A stretch of DNA of 64,000 nucleotides from Sulfolobales archaeon (GTDB lineage: Archaea > Thermoproteota > Thermoprotei_A > Sulfolobales > AG1). The notes under the pieces are model-generated. The model made no database searches and was not told where the DNA came from. It was given only the letters and a program-made list of their open reading frames with translations. How positions within the stretch are numbered: position 1 is the stretch's first letter; the number at the start of each line of letters is the position of its first letter. The stretch is taken from contig JAWBYA010000001.1 of the NCBI GenBank assembly GCA_038867615.1, forward strand, positions 577,473 through 641,472. Direction: 5' to 3'. Positions 52,401 to 63,765 of this stretch are shown here, in pieces. The translations under genes and the position numbers were made by a program.

Positions 52401-55400
52401 TCGCGACGATAATTGCGATTGTGGTGGTTGCAGCGATCATACTCTTTCAATTCTATAGTAGATCTTCCTTACAATCTTATGCTCTTCCTCGACGCCACCT
52501 TCTATAACTTTCAATTCTATAGTAGATCTTCAAGGCTTTGAAGCAGGTGCTTCAAACACCAAGTATAAAGCTTTCAATTCTATAGTAGATCTTCGAGATC
52601 GAGAGGATGCTTGGGAGGAGGAGGCTTGCGGCTGCTTTCAATTCTATAGTAGATCTTCGAGGTTGTTGACTATGCACCTCTCGAGTGGGCATATATATCT
52701 TTCAATTCTATAGTAGATCTTCGCTAGAAATGGTATCCTTATCAGAAATATGTAGCTTTTTCTTTCAATTCTATAGTAGATCTTCGAAATCAACTGAGAG
52801 TATATCGAGTGATGCTGATACCTCTGCTTTCAATTCTATAGTAGATCTTCTCTTCCGGGGGATCCCGCCGGGGCGGATCGTATTACGCCTTCTTTCAATT
52901 CTATAGTAGATCTTCTGGCGAGGGTGCTGGGGAGCCGCTCAGGCCAGAAGATGTTCTTTCAATTCTATAGTAGATCTTCAGTTCGTAAACATACACCGGT
53001 TTAACTTAGTGAGTGCTATCTTTCAATTCTATAGTAGATCTTCACAGACCTCTTTATAGCATCCGCAACGGCTAGGGCCTCCTCTTTCAATTCTATAGTA
53101 GATCTTCCTGGGTATGTTTGGGTTGTTGAAGAGCGTTGGATATATTGTTCTTTCAATTCTATAGTAGATCTTCATGATTAAGGATAGCAATGGTGTGAGA
53201 GTTGATAGAGTGTTGCTTTCAATTCTATAGTAGATCTTCAGACAACAATAGCTAAAAAGCTATATGAATACTGCTATGCTCTTTCAATTCTATAGTAGAT
53301 CTTCCCCTGGCGTCAGTGTCGTGTTACTCGTAGTCCTTACACTTTCAATTCTATAGTAGATCTTCAATACCGCTTGACCAATACCGAGAGAAACTAGCAC
53401 GCATGCTTTCAATTCTATAGTAGATCTTCGCTAGATAGACCATACCTAACACTAGTAGACCTTACCCCAGTAAGCTTTCAATTCTATAGTAGATCTTCCC
53501 TTATTATATAATATACGCTGGAAAACGGCATGTTTAGCGTCTCCTTTCAATTCTATAGTAGATCTTCATTGCACGGTCTATTGCCGCGTCCAAGTCCTCC
53601 GGGTCTTGCTTTCAATTCTATAGTAGATCTTCTCTCTGCACAGTGGTCTCGCCGCTGTCTTCGCCGAGAAAGCTTTCAATTCTATAGTAGATCTTCAGGG
53701 GCATTGCCCCGAGGCAGCTGAAATGCCCTAAGTGTACTTTCAATTCTATAGTAGATCTTCGAGGCAGGTAAAGAGCTACATTGACTGGGCTGTTAGGAAC
53801 ACCTCTTTCAATTCTATAGTAGATCTTCTGTGTTTGTTGGTGTGAGGATCCCTGTGAAGATCAGGTCGCTTTCAATTCTATAGTAGATCTTCGGCTCCCC
53901 CCAGCGGAGTTTGCTCCGCCGGGTAGCGGCCTTTCAATTCTATAGTAGATCTTCAAGACCCAGAGAGAACCGCTACAATTGTTGTAGGTGGTCTAGACTT
54001 TCAATTCTATAGTAGATCTTCTCAGAGTGAGCCCTGTCAGAGTGGTTTGAGAAGTTGGAGAACTTTCAATTCTATAGTAGATCTTCTATAAGCCCAGCAC
54101 TGGAGACAGAGGGGTATAGAAACAACACTTTCAATTCTATAGTAGATCTTCCCTGGGTTGTGGCTGGTGGGCAGGGTCTGCAGCTTGTTTTTCTTTCAAT
54201 TCTATAGTAGATCTTCATCGAGGATCCCATTATTGCTTTAGAGTTAGCGGATATGCTCTTTCAATTCTATAGTAGATCTTCTGATCTTCGAGAGCAAGAT
54301 AATGGATAGGATAAAGAATCTTTCAATTCTATAGTAGATCTTCATGGCGATAGGCCTCTTCATAATACTTATAAAGATATATAGCCTTTCAATTCTATAG
54401 TAGATCTTCCGAGATCGCAAGCGAGATCGACGACATCTTACAGGAGTTAACTTTCAATTCTATAGTAGATCTTCTTAATAGCCTCTCCTCCTATTATAAG
54501 CTCTCTTTGGTATTCTTTCAATTCTATAGTAGATCTTCAAGCACTAAGTATCTACGAAGACTTCTACAAGACTACACTTTCAATTCTATAGTAGATCTTC
54601 ACACGTCCCTGTTTTCATAGAACCTCTCTGGTATGAGCTCCACTTTCAATTCTATAGTAGATCTTCAATATGGTTTTGTTTTAGAACCTTATAAGCATAA
54701 CGGCCTTCTTTCAATTCTATAGTAGATCTTCATGGATCGAGATCCTAATGAACATGATAATGAACATGACCTAGACTTTCAATTCTATAGTAGATCTTCC
54801 AGGGAATAATCCTTGGCTGTGCTCGGGGTGTCGGTCTTGCACTTTCAATTCTATAGTAGATCTTCCGGGGTTTTTACTCATGCTCAACCCCAATCCTAGA
54901 GTAGATCCCTTTCAATTCTATAGTAGATCTTCAAAGCAACAGAGGTGGAGCTTGAAGCAGAACAAGAATCTGATCTTTCAATTCTATAGTAGATCTTCAT
55001 AGGGTTATTGCCGCGATTAATTATGTAATTAGAGTTGATCTTTCAATTCTATAGTAGATCTTCGGTTGTGGTGCTTGCAGTGTTACGGGTGGCGGTAGTG
55101 TCCTTTCAATTCTATAGTAGATCTTCCTAAGCTTGAGCAGATATTAATCGAGTTACGGAAACTAAATAGTCTTTCAATTCTATAGTAGATCTTCTCCACT
55201 ACTCTTACCTTGATATAGAAGGTTATCGGGGTTGCTTTCAATTCTATAGTAGATCTTCCCATCAACTCCAGATATTCCGGTAAAAAAAGAAAGGAAGCCT
55301 CTTTCAATTCTATAGTAGATCTTCAATGCATGGTTGAGGAGAAATGTTTAGAGCCTTTCTCTAAGACTTTCAATTCTATAGTAGATCTTCCAGAAGGATT

Positions 55401-57289
55401 TGATGTTGGTAGATCATACGTTATTCTCTTTCTCTTTCAATTCTATAGTAGATCTTCGCAATTACTAGTACGGGGAGAAACATGGTGGCCAGGATAGCTT
55501 TCAATTCTATAGTAGATCTTCTCAATAGATTATCTTTCTCGTGGAACGAAACATTGAGGACCGCTTTCAATTCTATAGTAGATCTTCATGTGTCTTATCA
55601 CGTTTATTCGGCACTGCTCCTCGTGCCTTTCAATTCTATAGTAGATCTTCCGTCACAACCGCAAGCCTCTCCAAAAGCCTAGCCTCTGGGACTTTCAATT
55701 CTATAGTAGATCTTCAGGTCAGGAGTTGTTGCCCGGGTTGCCACTAAAAAACAAACTTTCAATTCTATAGTAGATCTTCAAGAGAGGTGGTTAGAATGAG
55801 CTTTCCACCCCAAGGCGGAGGGCAGAGCCTTTCAATTCTATAGTAGATCTTCAAGCGGACTAGGAGGAGTATACCTATATATATCAAAGAAAATCTTTCA
55901 ATTCTATAGTAGATCTTCCGAGGCCCTGGACAGATCCGGCATCTTCCCCAAGGGTGTTCTTTCAATTCTATAGTAGATCTTCTGGAGGATACCGTATAGT
56001 GAAGTTGAGAGGATTCTTAACTTTCAATTCTATAGTAGATCTTCGTTGGTACTCGGCAGAGGCTCCGTATACACCACAGAACCCTCTTTCAATTCTATAG
56101 TAGATCTTCCAAATCTCTCCCTGAGTGTCTCCTATATGTATCCCCCATCTTTCAATTCTATAGTAGATCTTCCACTTGTAGCAGCAATAGGTATCGAGCT
56201 TAGCAAGGATACTTTCAATTCTATAGTAGATCTTCGCTGTCACAACCTCGTGATTAGCCTGGAAACATATCCTGGACTTTCAATTCTATAGTAGATCTTC
56301 TTGGTGGCGCTGTTGCCCAGTATCTAAAGAAGGTTGTTGACTTTCAATTCTATAGTAGATCTTCAGGAATACTTCATACACTTCTTAATATGGTGGAAAC
56401 AAAACAACATCTTTCAATTCTATAGTAGATCTTCCGAATACTTTGATGATGCAATTGTGATAGAACTATATGAGTGCTTTCAATTCTATAGTAGATCTTC
56501 GAGTCAATAGCAAAGTTCCTGTTGGAGTCATACCCATACTACTTTCAATTCTATAGTAGATCTTCTATGACTTCATCCTCCCCCCCTCCCCCAGGGGTTA
56601 CCTTTTTACTTTCAATTCTATAGTAGATCTTCGATAACTTGGGGAATAAACTTTGCTGGGTGCATGTAAAGGCTCTTTCAATTCTATAGTAGATCTTCAA
56701 CCTTCTACCAATAATTATTATTGGTGATAGTATGGCGAGACTTTCAATTCTATAGTAGATCTTCGCAACAAACACAATCTACATACTCAACAAGAACTGG
56801 AGAGCTTTCAATTCTATAGTAGATCTTCGCCTTCTGCCCCCTACCATCCGCAGCCCTATAGATACTCTCACTTTCAATTCTATAGTAGATCTTCGGGAGA
56901 CTGAGGCGAGGGTCAGGCAGATCGCGAGGATAATAGAGTCTACTTTCAATTCTATAGTAGATCTTCGCTGAGAAGTCTATCAGAGGAGCTCGACACAGTA
57001 GTGGCCACTTTCAATTCTATAGTAGATCTTCTGTTTATGTAATCGCGATAATGCGTGCAATAGCGAGTGTTTCTTTCAATTCTATAGTAGATCTTCTCTG
57101 GGATGTGGATGCGTGGTTTGTCATCTTTTCTCTTTCTCTTTCAATTCTATAGTAGATCTTCGAACCCAAGCTTGCCTCTTGTTCCCTTTGGCAGCAACGT
57201 CCTTTCAATTCTATAGTAGATCTTCCAGCCCCGTATCATCCTACGATGGTGTTGCACTTGTGGACCTTTCAATTCTATAGTAGATCTTC
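49407..57289 (-). CRISPR. CRISPR array, 24-bp repeat GAAGATCTACTATAGAATTGAAAG, about 122 repeats and 121 spacers of about 34-49 bp
   Basis: CTTTCAATTCTATAGTAGATCTTC recurs about every 64 bp on + strand; ATTGAAAG end, leader at right and variant repeats at left give minus orientation. Confidence 0.99.
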
Positions 57290-57674
57290 CGATCTAGCTA
57301 CGGATCTTTTTTGATATTTATAGCTATGTAGGGGGGCTTTGCCCCCGAGGGGGCCTGTCTCTATAGGAGATCGTCTCGCACGGGATCGCTGTATGGGATG
57401 CTCAGTTCTATAGGAGATCGACTATACCATTATTTCTATGCTTATCTAGCTTATAAGCATAGATTCCGGAATTGATCCTTGTTTTTGATGATAGTAATGC
57501 TTATTAGCCTCAATGTTTTTCGATCTTCTTTTCCCTGGGATCTTTTGGGATTTCTTCTCAGATCTTTTTTCTCCACTGGATCTTTTTTGTTGTGTTGTTT
57601 ATAAATTTTTCGGATCTTTTTTGATCATGTGGATCTTTCTCTCTACTCTATCCCTGTTGATTCTGGGAGTCTCT
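57290..57674 (-). promoter_or_regulatory. CRISPR leader with BRE/TATA-like AAAAATTTATAA (57599-57610), palindrome 57436-57462 and degenerate repeat-like motifs
   Basis: Non-coding, adjacent to the non-variant end of the array, conserved in second copy at 63734-64000. Confidence 0.85.
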
Positions 57675-57724
57675 TTGTTTTTATTTTTGTTTGGTATTTT
57701 TGTTTGGTGGTTTTGGTGGTTTCT

Positions 57725-58531
57725 GTGTATAGGGTTGTTCATGTTGTTCCTGTGGGTACTTCTCTTCTTTCTAATTTTCAGAGGGCTTTTCCGAATGTTG
57801 TTGAGGAGTGGGGTTTTGTTGGTTGGGATCGCTGGGCTCCTGATGATCCTGGGCAGGCTAGGCTTTGTTCCAGCTATCCCTTGGTTTTGGAGAGGCTTTC
57901 TGGCTTTGTCTCCTCCCAGGGTTATGGTGCTTCTGCCGAGCTTTCTCCTTTCTCGAGGGCTGTTAGTGTTTTTGGCCATGGGAGGGATGGTGTTCTCGTG
58001 ATCCTCTACTCAACCTCCACCTGTAACTCAAGGCTTGCTAGGGAGGCTATAGCCCGCTTCCTTAGAGGCGAGGGTTACCATGTCCAGGAGGCCGAGATCA
58101 GGAGCACTAGGAGTGTTGATGAGTTTGAAGATGGCCTGGTAGAGCTCCTAGACAAGGTTGTGAGACTAATAGTAGATTGGAAGAGGAAGGGAGCCAGGGT
58201 CTATGTCAACGCAACCCCGGGCTATAAAGCCGAAGCCTCATTCCTGGTAATAGCGTCCCTCCTAGCAGGGGCCGACGCTGTCTATTATATGCACGAAGCC
58301 TTCAGAGATCTCGTAATCTTACCAGCAATACCCATAAAGATCAGAGAGGATGTGGAGAAGATCATAGAGATCTTCAAGACACCGAGAAACCCGAGAGAGG
58401 CCGAGGAAATCATAGGAAGCCCCCAGATCCTGAGAGAACTAGAGCTAAACGGAATCCTAGCAAGGGATACCAAGGGGTATAGGGTGAGAAAATGGCTAGC
58501 CAAGCTCCACGAGATCTCGAGAACAGGCTAA
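57725..58531 (+). CDS. APE2256/SSO1393-family CARF protein (putative cOA ring nuclease)
   Basis: VGTSLLSNF, LYSTST, YVNATPGYKAE, YYMHEAF..LVILP; start at GTG 57725 after GGTGGT. Confidence 0.85.
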   Translation: MYRVVHVVPVGTSLLSNFQRAFPNVVEEWGFVGWDRWAPDDPGQARLCSSYPLVLERLSGFVSSQGYGASAELSPFSRAVSVFGHGRDGVLVILYSTSTCNSRLAREAIARFLRGEGYHVQEAEIRSTRSVDEFEDGLVELLDKVVRLIVDWKRKGARVYVNATPGYKAEASFLVIASLLAGADAVYYMHEAFRDLVILPAIPIKIREDVEKIIEIFKTPRNPREAEEIIGSPQILRELELNGILARDTKGYRVRKWLAKLHEISRTG

Positions 58532-60213
58532 AAATCCTGCTCATCGCCCCCTGGGGTAATCCTACAGGATGGAGAGAAGTAAGCTACAAACCACAGAGGA
58601 TCCCAGACAAATGCAGACCCACAGAACAAGAAGGATATAGCGAAGCAGTAATAAAGAAATCCTCTACACTAGCTATAGTAGAGAGCATAGAAAAAGGCAA
58701 ACACCTCCAAAAGACCCCGCAACTCATAGCAAAAATAATAGTAGCTGAAACACTAGCAAAGAAAGAAGAAATAGACCGATGCAGAGAAAACCTAGACAGA
58801 GTAGAGAAAATAAAAGAATGCATAGACCAACACGTAGAGAAAGAGATCCGAGAACAAGTAGAGGAACAAATAAGAGAACCCAAAAACCACCTCGAGATCA
58901 AAGTAGCACCAGCAATAGGAATCTTCCCCCCAATAGCCTTCAAAGGCCACGCATATAACTACTGGGCCTATATACTAATAGAGACTCTCAAAAACCTCAA
59001 CAAAATAGATCCAGACGTAGTGATAGTAGACATAACCCACGGAATAAACTATATGCCAGTAACAACCCTAGACGCTGTCAGAAAAGCAGTAGAAATACAC
59101 CTCCTAAGGAGAAAAACAGAGAGAAAAACCAAAATAATAGCGATGAACTCAGACCCCATAAGAATAGGCAGAGAAGCAGAGAAAAACCAAAAGCCCCAAG
59201 AACTCCACATACATATAATCAAATGCGAAGAGCTAGACACAACAGAAGCCATGGATAGAGCCTATAGAGAGATCGACAGCATAGAGATAGGGAACAGATT
59301 CACGATCTATAACAGATTAAGAGAAGAAACAGAAGAAACCCAGGCCGAGGACGAGGCGACACTCAACACTCTCGACGAATGCGCAAACGAGTTGAAAGAG
59401 AGAATCAAAGATCTCAAGGTATTTGTGAGAGCAGCACGCCTAGGACTCCCAATAGCTATAGCCATTCAGGCCGAAAAACTATCCGAGGAACAAAACAGAA
59501 CAAACCCATGCATTGAGGACAAACTCGCAGAAGCCTTAAAAATAATACGAATAAAGAGCGAGGGAGAACACATTATAGTTAGAAGAAACATAGCAGTTAA
59601 GCCAGAAAGCCTTATAGTCGCCCTTATAGCAGAAATACTTCCGAGAGATATATTAGACACAATTAGCAACAAGAAACACGAGATCAAAAAACATGGTGAC
59701 ACCATTCTCTTTACACCAAGACACCTCAGAGAAGTGATAGAGCGATATATCGTTGACAATGCTGCCAGAAAAATTGCATCCCACGAGCTAAGCGATATAA
59801 AGGATCGCCTGGAGTGCGTTAAACATAACGATGGCTATGAGGTTATGAAGAGCAAGGGAACCCCTATCCCGTGGGGAGCTATCTACGATGCTATGGAGAA
59901 AGCGGTTGATAGGGATCAAAGCTTTATAGATATGTGTAGAAGATCTAGGAGTGGGGATCGTTATAGACTAGATCAGGAGCTAGCCTCTAAGCTGCGCGAG
60001 GAGCTGGAGAAGAGCATTAAAGGCTATGAAGCCTTAAGGGTGAGAAGGCCGTGCACCTACGGCGATCCCCAGCCGAGGAATTTCTATGCCCATGCTGGTT
60101 TTGAGAAGAATGTTGCGATGGTCTATATAGATCGCGAGGATCGTGTGTGGATCGGTTATGAGAAAGGGTGTTGGGAGGGAAAGATCAGGGGTATGATCGC
60201 TGGTTCTAGCTAG
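58492..60213 (+). CDS. csx1: Csx1 CARF-HEPN ribonuclease
   Basis: IAPWGNP..W..V.Y, DITHGINYM (DxTHG), NSDP, RNFYAHAG HEPN motif. Confidence 0.92.
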   Translation: MASQAPRDLENRLKILLIAPWGNPTGWREVSYKPQRIPDKCRPTEQEGYSEAVIKKSSTLAIVESIEKGKHLQKTPQLIAKIIVAETLAKKEEIDRCRENLDRVEKIKECIDQHVEKEIREQVEEQIREPKNHLEIKVAPAIGIFPPIAFKGHAYNYWAYILIETLKNLNKIDPDVVIVDITHGINYMPVTTLDAVRKAVEIHLLRRKTERKTKIIAMNSDPIRIGREAEKNQKPQELHIHIIKCEELDTTEAMDRAYREIDSIEIGNRFTIYNRLREETEETQAEDEATLNTLDECANELKERIKDLKVFVRAARLGLPIAIAIQAEKLSEEQNRTNPCIEDKLAEALKIIRIKSEGEHIIVRRNIAVKPESLIVALIAEILPRDILDTISNKKHEIKKHGDTILFTPRHLREVIERYIVDNAARKIASHELSDIKDRLECVKHNDGYEVMKSKGTPIPWGAIYDAMEKAVDRDQSFIDMCRRSRSGDRYRLDQELASKLREELEKSIKGYEALRVRRPCTYGDPQPRNFYAHAGFEKNVAMVYIDREDRVWIGYEKGCWEGKIRGMIAGSS

Positions 60214-60229
60214 GGTTAATTATTTATGG

Positions 60230-60799
60230 CTAGATTGCTGCTAGTGGGCATATTCTTCTATACTGGCATGGTGTGCATTCCCTCGGTGTCCTGTTGACTG
60301 GTGGTGGGTCTTCTCTATCGAGGATCTGTTTGAGCCTGGCTATCTTCTTCTCGATTGTCTCTATATGTTCCCTTGTTATCGGTATGTCTAGCTCTACCCT
60401 CTCCTCCATGACCAGTATTGCTCTCTCTACTGGTGCTATTTGTTTGTTTGCTAGGTATGCGTATGCTAGTAGCTGTGTTCTGAAGTGCTGTGATCTTCTC
60501 CTCCTATACCTCTTCGCCTCGACTATTGTTATTCTCTTTGATCCTGCTGCTATGTCTATACATCCCGAGAGCCCTGTCTCCCTATCCCTGAGGCAGACCT
60601 CTATCCTGTATGGCTTCTCAAGCCCTAGACTCGATGCTATCCTCTCCTTATAGCTAGCGTCTGTCTCTTCTTTAGCCGATCTCATGCTCTCTGTTGGGGG
60701 CTCTATCCAGCCCGTCTTGCTGAGTATCCAAGGTATTGCTGGGCAGAAGTCCATCTGTTTCAGCATTGATGGCGATATGCTATAATATGGCTGTGGCAC
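60230..60799 (-). CDS. cas4: Cas4
   Basis: FCP, G.ID, VEAK, QLLAY, C..C.Y..IC Fe-S cysteines. Confidence 0.92.
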   Translation of the reverse strand: MPQPYYSISPSMLKQMDFCPAIPWILSKTGWIEPPTESMRSAKEETDASYKERIASSLGLEKPYRIEVCLRDRETGLSGCIDIAAGSKRITIVEAKRYRRRRSQHFRTQLLAYAYLANKQIAPVERAILVMEERVELDIPITREHIETIEKKIARLKQILDREDPPPVNRTPRECTPCQYRRICPLAAI

Positions 60800-61061
60800 T
60801 CAACCCCAGCCCCCATTCCCTGCCTATGACTATTCTTTTCTCCCAGTCCCTCAGGCCGAGCTGGAAGATATGGATCACATCGCCCTCGGATCTGACATAC
60901 CTCCCAGAGATCCTTATGAGGTCCTTCATCCTCTGCGTATCAATCTCCCCGGCGAAGGCGCTCCTCTGTATCCTTGTAAGCCCTAGTTTGAATAGATTCT
61001 CGGCAAGCCTTAGCCTATCCTGGTTATCGCTTATATCATATACAACCAGGATCCTCACCAT
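60780..61061 (-). CDS. cas2: Cas2
   Basis: LVVYDISD..R, GLTRIQRSAF. Confidence 0.95.
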   Translation of the reverse strand: MVRILVVYDISDNQDRLRLAENLFKLGLTRIQRSAFAGEIDTQRMKDLIRISGRYVRSEGDVIHIFQLGLRDWEKRIVIGREWGLGLSATAIL

Positions 61062-62011
61062 ACTTCTACAAACCCCCTATACCTAGTCCTCTCCCTAAGA
61101 GACGATGCGAGCCTTATAGCAGCAGCCCTTAACGCTTGGGAGAGCTTCTTGGGGTTATGATCCCCCTCCTCCCTCACAACCCTCTCGAGAGACTCGGCTA
61201 CTGCTTTCGCGAGCTCTGCTCTATCAGCCCTCTCTATCAACCCCCCGGAGATCCTTGGTCTATAGCCCTTCCTAAAGATCTCGATCAAGGCTCTATCAAC
61301 CACCGAGGGTTTAAACATCTCTGAGAAGTCATAGACAAGGCTCTCCTTCCCAGATCTATCTTTATGTATATAGCCAGCATATGGGTCTAGGCCAGCTATT
61401 ACGAGGGCTTTCCAGCATTCTGAGTAGAGTATTGCGTAGGAGTAGTTGAGTGAGAGGTTAAACGGGTCCGGGGAGTCGTGGTTCCTCCCCTCAAACCCAA
61501 TGTTCTTTGGCAGTGCCTGGGCTATTGATTGCCAGTATATATGGGCTGCCTCGGCCTCAACCTTCACCGGGTCCTCTATATCTAGCTGTGGTATTAGGAG
61601 CTCTATCTCTCTATGCGGTGTCCCCTCTATATAGCCCTTCCTCTTTAGGCTTTTGATCAATCCTGCTTGGTTTTTCAGCTTAGCCTCCACTATAGATCTG
61701 GCTATCTCCCTCGCATCACCGTTATATATTGCTTCGTACTGTGCTCTTCTCGAGCTTGTTGTTGCTGTTGGTGTTGACATATATATCCTTGCCCAGGGCT
61801 CTCCCCTCGTGTTTATGAATACAATGTCTATTCCATGGGTTATTGCTAGTCTTACTGCTCTAGATGTTATCGATGCTCCCCCGGTTATTATTAGTATCTG
61901 GTCTATGTCTGCTGGGCTTACCCTTATCTTCTTATTCTTTGTCGCTATTACTAGGCTTCCGTTTTTTGCTGAGATCTTCACGCCGTATTCTGATACTACT
62001 AGTGTTCTCAT
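61055..62011 (-). CDS. cas1: Cas1
   Basis: EAEAA.IYW, FEGR, DPFNLSLNYSY, GLDPYAGYIH, SLVYDFSEMFK; ATGA overlap with csa1. Confidence 0.97.
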   Translation of the reverse strand: MRTLVVSEYGVKISAKNGSLVIATKNKKIRVSPADIDQILIITGGASITSRAVRLAITHGIDIVFINTRGEPWARIYMSTPTATTSSRRAQYEAIYNGDAREIARSIVEAKLKNQAGLIKSLKRKGYIEGTPHREIELLIPQLDIEDPVKVEAEAAHIYWQSIAQALPKNIGFEGRNHDSPDPFNLSLNYSYAILYSECWKALVIAGLDPYAGYIHKDRSGKESLVYDFSEMFKPSVVDRALIEIFRKGYRPRISGGLIERADRAELAKAVAESLERVVREEGDHNPKKLSQALRAAAIRLASSLRERTRYRGFVEVW

Positions 62012-62889
62012 CTCCTCACCCCGCATATTTCGAGGAATGGGCATGTTTCGGGGCAGTTTCTCGCTATCCCTGGGTCCTTTGAGCTCAGGATCATGTCTAT
62101 GGCCTCGTCCCTAGCGTCTATGAATTCTTTCCTCGTGTCTGGTGAGATGTAGTGGGGTTCGAGTGTTATTTCCGGCTCCTCCCCTACTGGGTTTATGTAT
62201 ATCAATACTCCGTAGTCTATCGGTGTTTCTAGGCTTGATTCTAGGGCTAGTGCGTATCCCGCTAGGGCTAGTTTGTGGAAGTTCTTCTTCTGGCCTGTCT
62301 TGATCTCTATTACTATTGAGGCTTCTGCTATTGCGTCTACTGAGAGTCTGTCTGAGAGTCCTACTAGTGTTCCGTCTACCCTCAGCTCTGTTATCCATGG
62401 TATTAGTCCTGCTGCGTCTTGCGAGCCGTAGGCTATTCTGGCTTTTGCTATTTCTGCGCTCCACATTAGTGCTAGGTATCTATATATCTTCTCACATGTT
62501 ATTCTAAGATCCTCTGGGCATGTTGTCGAGGCTATCCTCGGTGCTTCTTTCGAGAGTTCTTCGTAGATCTCTGGGCCTGGTTTTCCTAGTAGGGCGAGTT
62601 TTCTAACCCCTCTCGAGGCTTCTGAGAAGATCTTGTGGATCGCTGCCCCGTTTACTAGGGGTGCTTTTCCACTATCCCCTTTTATTCCTAGTACTCTTCT
62701 TAGGTAGAGGTCTCTCTTTGTCTCGCAATATCTATATGCTATCTCCCCAACCCCTAGTCCTAGGTAGGCTCTAGGCTTTACCGGTGGCGTGTTGTGGCTC
62801 CACCCCCTGAGCTCTTCTGGGACTGGGTCTCTTGCTCTTATTGTGTGGAGTTTCTTCAAACCTCTTATTATCTCGAGCCTTGTGAGCAT
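62008..62889 (-). CDS. csa1: Csa1 (Cas4-like, type I-A)
   Basis: EELRGW, YCETKRDLYL, VDG..VGLS, EIK, LAGYALALE, C...CPF...C. Confidence 0.92.
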   Translation of the reverse strand: MLTRLEIIRGLKKLHTIRARDPVPEELRGWSHNTPPVKPRAYLGLGVGEIAYRYCETKRDLYLRRVLGIKGDSGKAPLVNGAAIHKIFSEASRGVRKLALLGKPGPEIYEELSKEAPRIASTTCPEDLRITCEKIYRYLALMWSAEIAKARIAYGSQDAAGLIPWITELRVDGTLVGLSDRLSVDAIAEASIVIEIKTGQKKNFHKLALAGYALALESSLETPIDYGVLIYINPVGEEPEITLEPHYISPDTRKEFIDARDEAIDMILSSKDPGIARNCPETCPFLEICGVRR

Positions 62890-63069
62890 GGTATTACCCC
62901 AATCCATGGGATCTCCCGTTCTTTTTAGCTATAATGGTAATACCCTGGATCCTTCTCCCAAAAGATCCCAGGATAGCGCTCCAAACCCTCCTAGGAGCCT
63001 TTGGATAGATCCCGCGGGGGATCGATGGATCCCCAGGAGATCCCGGGAAAAATATTAACCCCCAAACCC

Positions 63070-63765
63070 ATGATAGCCAGGGCATTGGCTAGCTTCATAT
63101 TCACCCTAGGCTTCCACGAGGACTTCATACTAAGAAGACTCGCAAGCGAGAGAGCCCAGCCAGGAAACAGGATAGTAGTTATGGCTGCAAAACCACTGAC
63201 AGGAGCCTCGAAAGGAGCATTCCAAAACCTCACAGCATACTGCGTAAGAACAGGACTATCCGAGCCAGAGCTTATAGAGATAGCCCCGGGGGACTTCACA
63301 ACAATGCTCCAAGCCGCATCGGAAACAATAGATAGGCTTGAAGAGCCGCTCATAGCGGACCTCTCAGGCGGGATGAGAATACTCGTGGTAGTAGTATACA
63401 CAGCAATAATAACCTCGGGCAAGAGATACAGAGTATATATAGTCCCAGAAGCCCAAGACCAATCAGCACAAATAGAGATAGAAACAACACACATAGAAGC
63501 ACTAACAAAAGAACTCCCAGAAGAAAAAACAAAGATCCTGGAAACAATAGTCAGAAACCCAGGAATAACAATACCACAGCTAGCAAGAATAACAAAAAAG
63601 AGCGAAAAAACAATAGCAAACCACCTAACAGAACTCAAAAAACTAAACCTAGTAATAACAAGAGGAAAAACAAACAACATATACCCAACAAAACTAGGAG
63701 AACTAAAAATAAAAAGAAAAACAACAAAAACCCAGAGACTCCCAGAATCAACAGGGATAGAGTAG
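63070..63765 (+). CDS. csa3: Second Csa3 CARF-wHTH regulator (start may be 63025)
   Basis: FTLGFHEDFILRR, DLSGGMR, wHTH KSEKTIANHLTELKKLNLV; divergent from csa1. Confidence 0.9.
   Translation: MIARALASFIFTLGFHEDFILRRLASERAQPGNRIVVMAAKPLTGASKGAFQNLTAYCVRTGLSEPELIEIAPGDFTTMLQAASETIDRLEEPLIADLSGGMRILVVVVYTAIITSGKRYRVYIVPEAQDQSAQIEIETTHIEALTKELPEEKTKILETIVRNPGITIPQLARITKKSEKTIANHLTELKKLNLVITRGKTNNIYPTKLGELKIKRKTTKTQRLPESTGIE

Noticed and set aside
55780-55828. Unusually long spacers (49 bp here, 48 bp at 56895-56942)
   Set aside because: Within the broad length spread typical of crenarchaeal type I-A arrays
49924-56775. Many short ORFs containing FQFYSRSS, KIYYRIE or RSTIELK
   Set aside because: These are translations of the CRISPR repeat, not genes
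49407-57289. Self-targeting or duplicated spacers
   Set aside because: None noticed by eye; not excluded without an alignment, so no claim is made
57513-58001. Very hydrophobic 162-aa ORF and Lys/Asn-rich antisense ORF
   Set aside because: Artefacts of T/G-rich leader DNA and an alternative frame of the APE2256 gene
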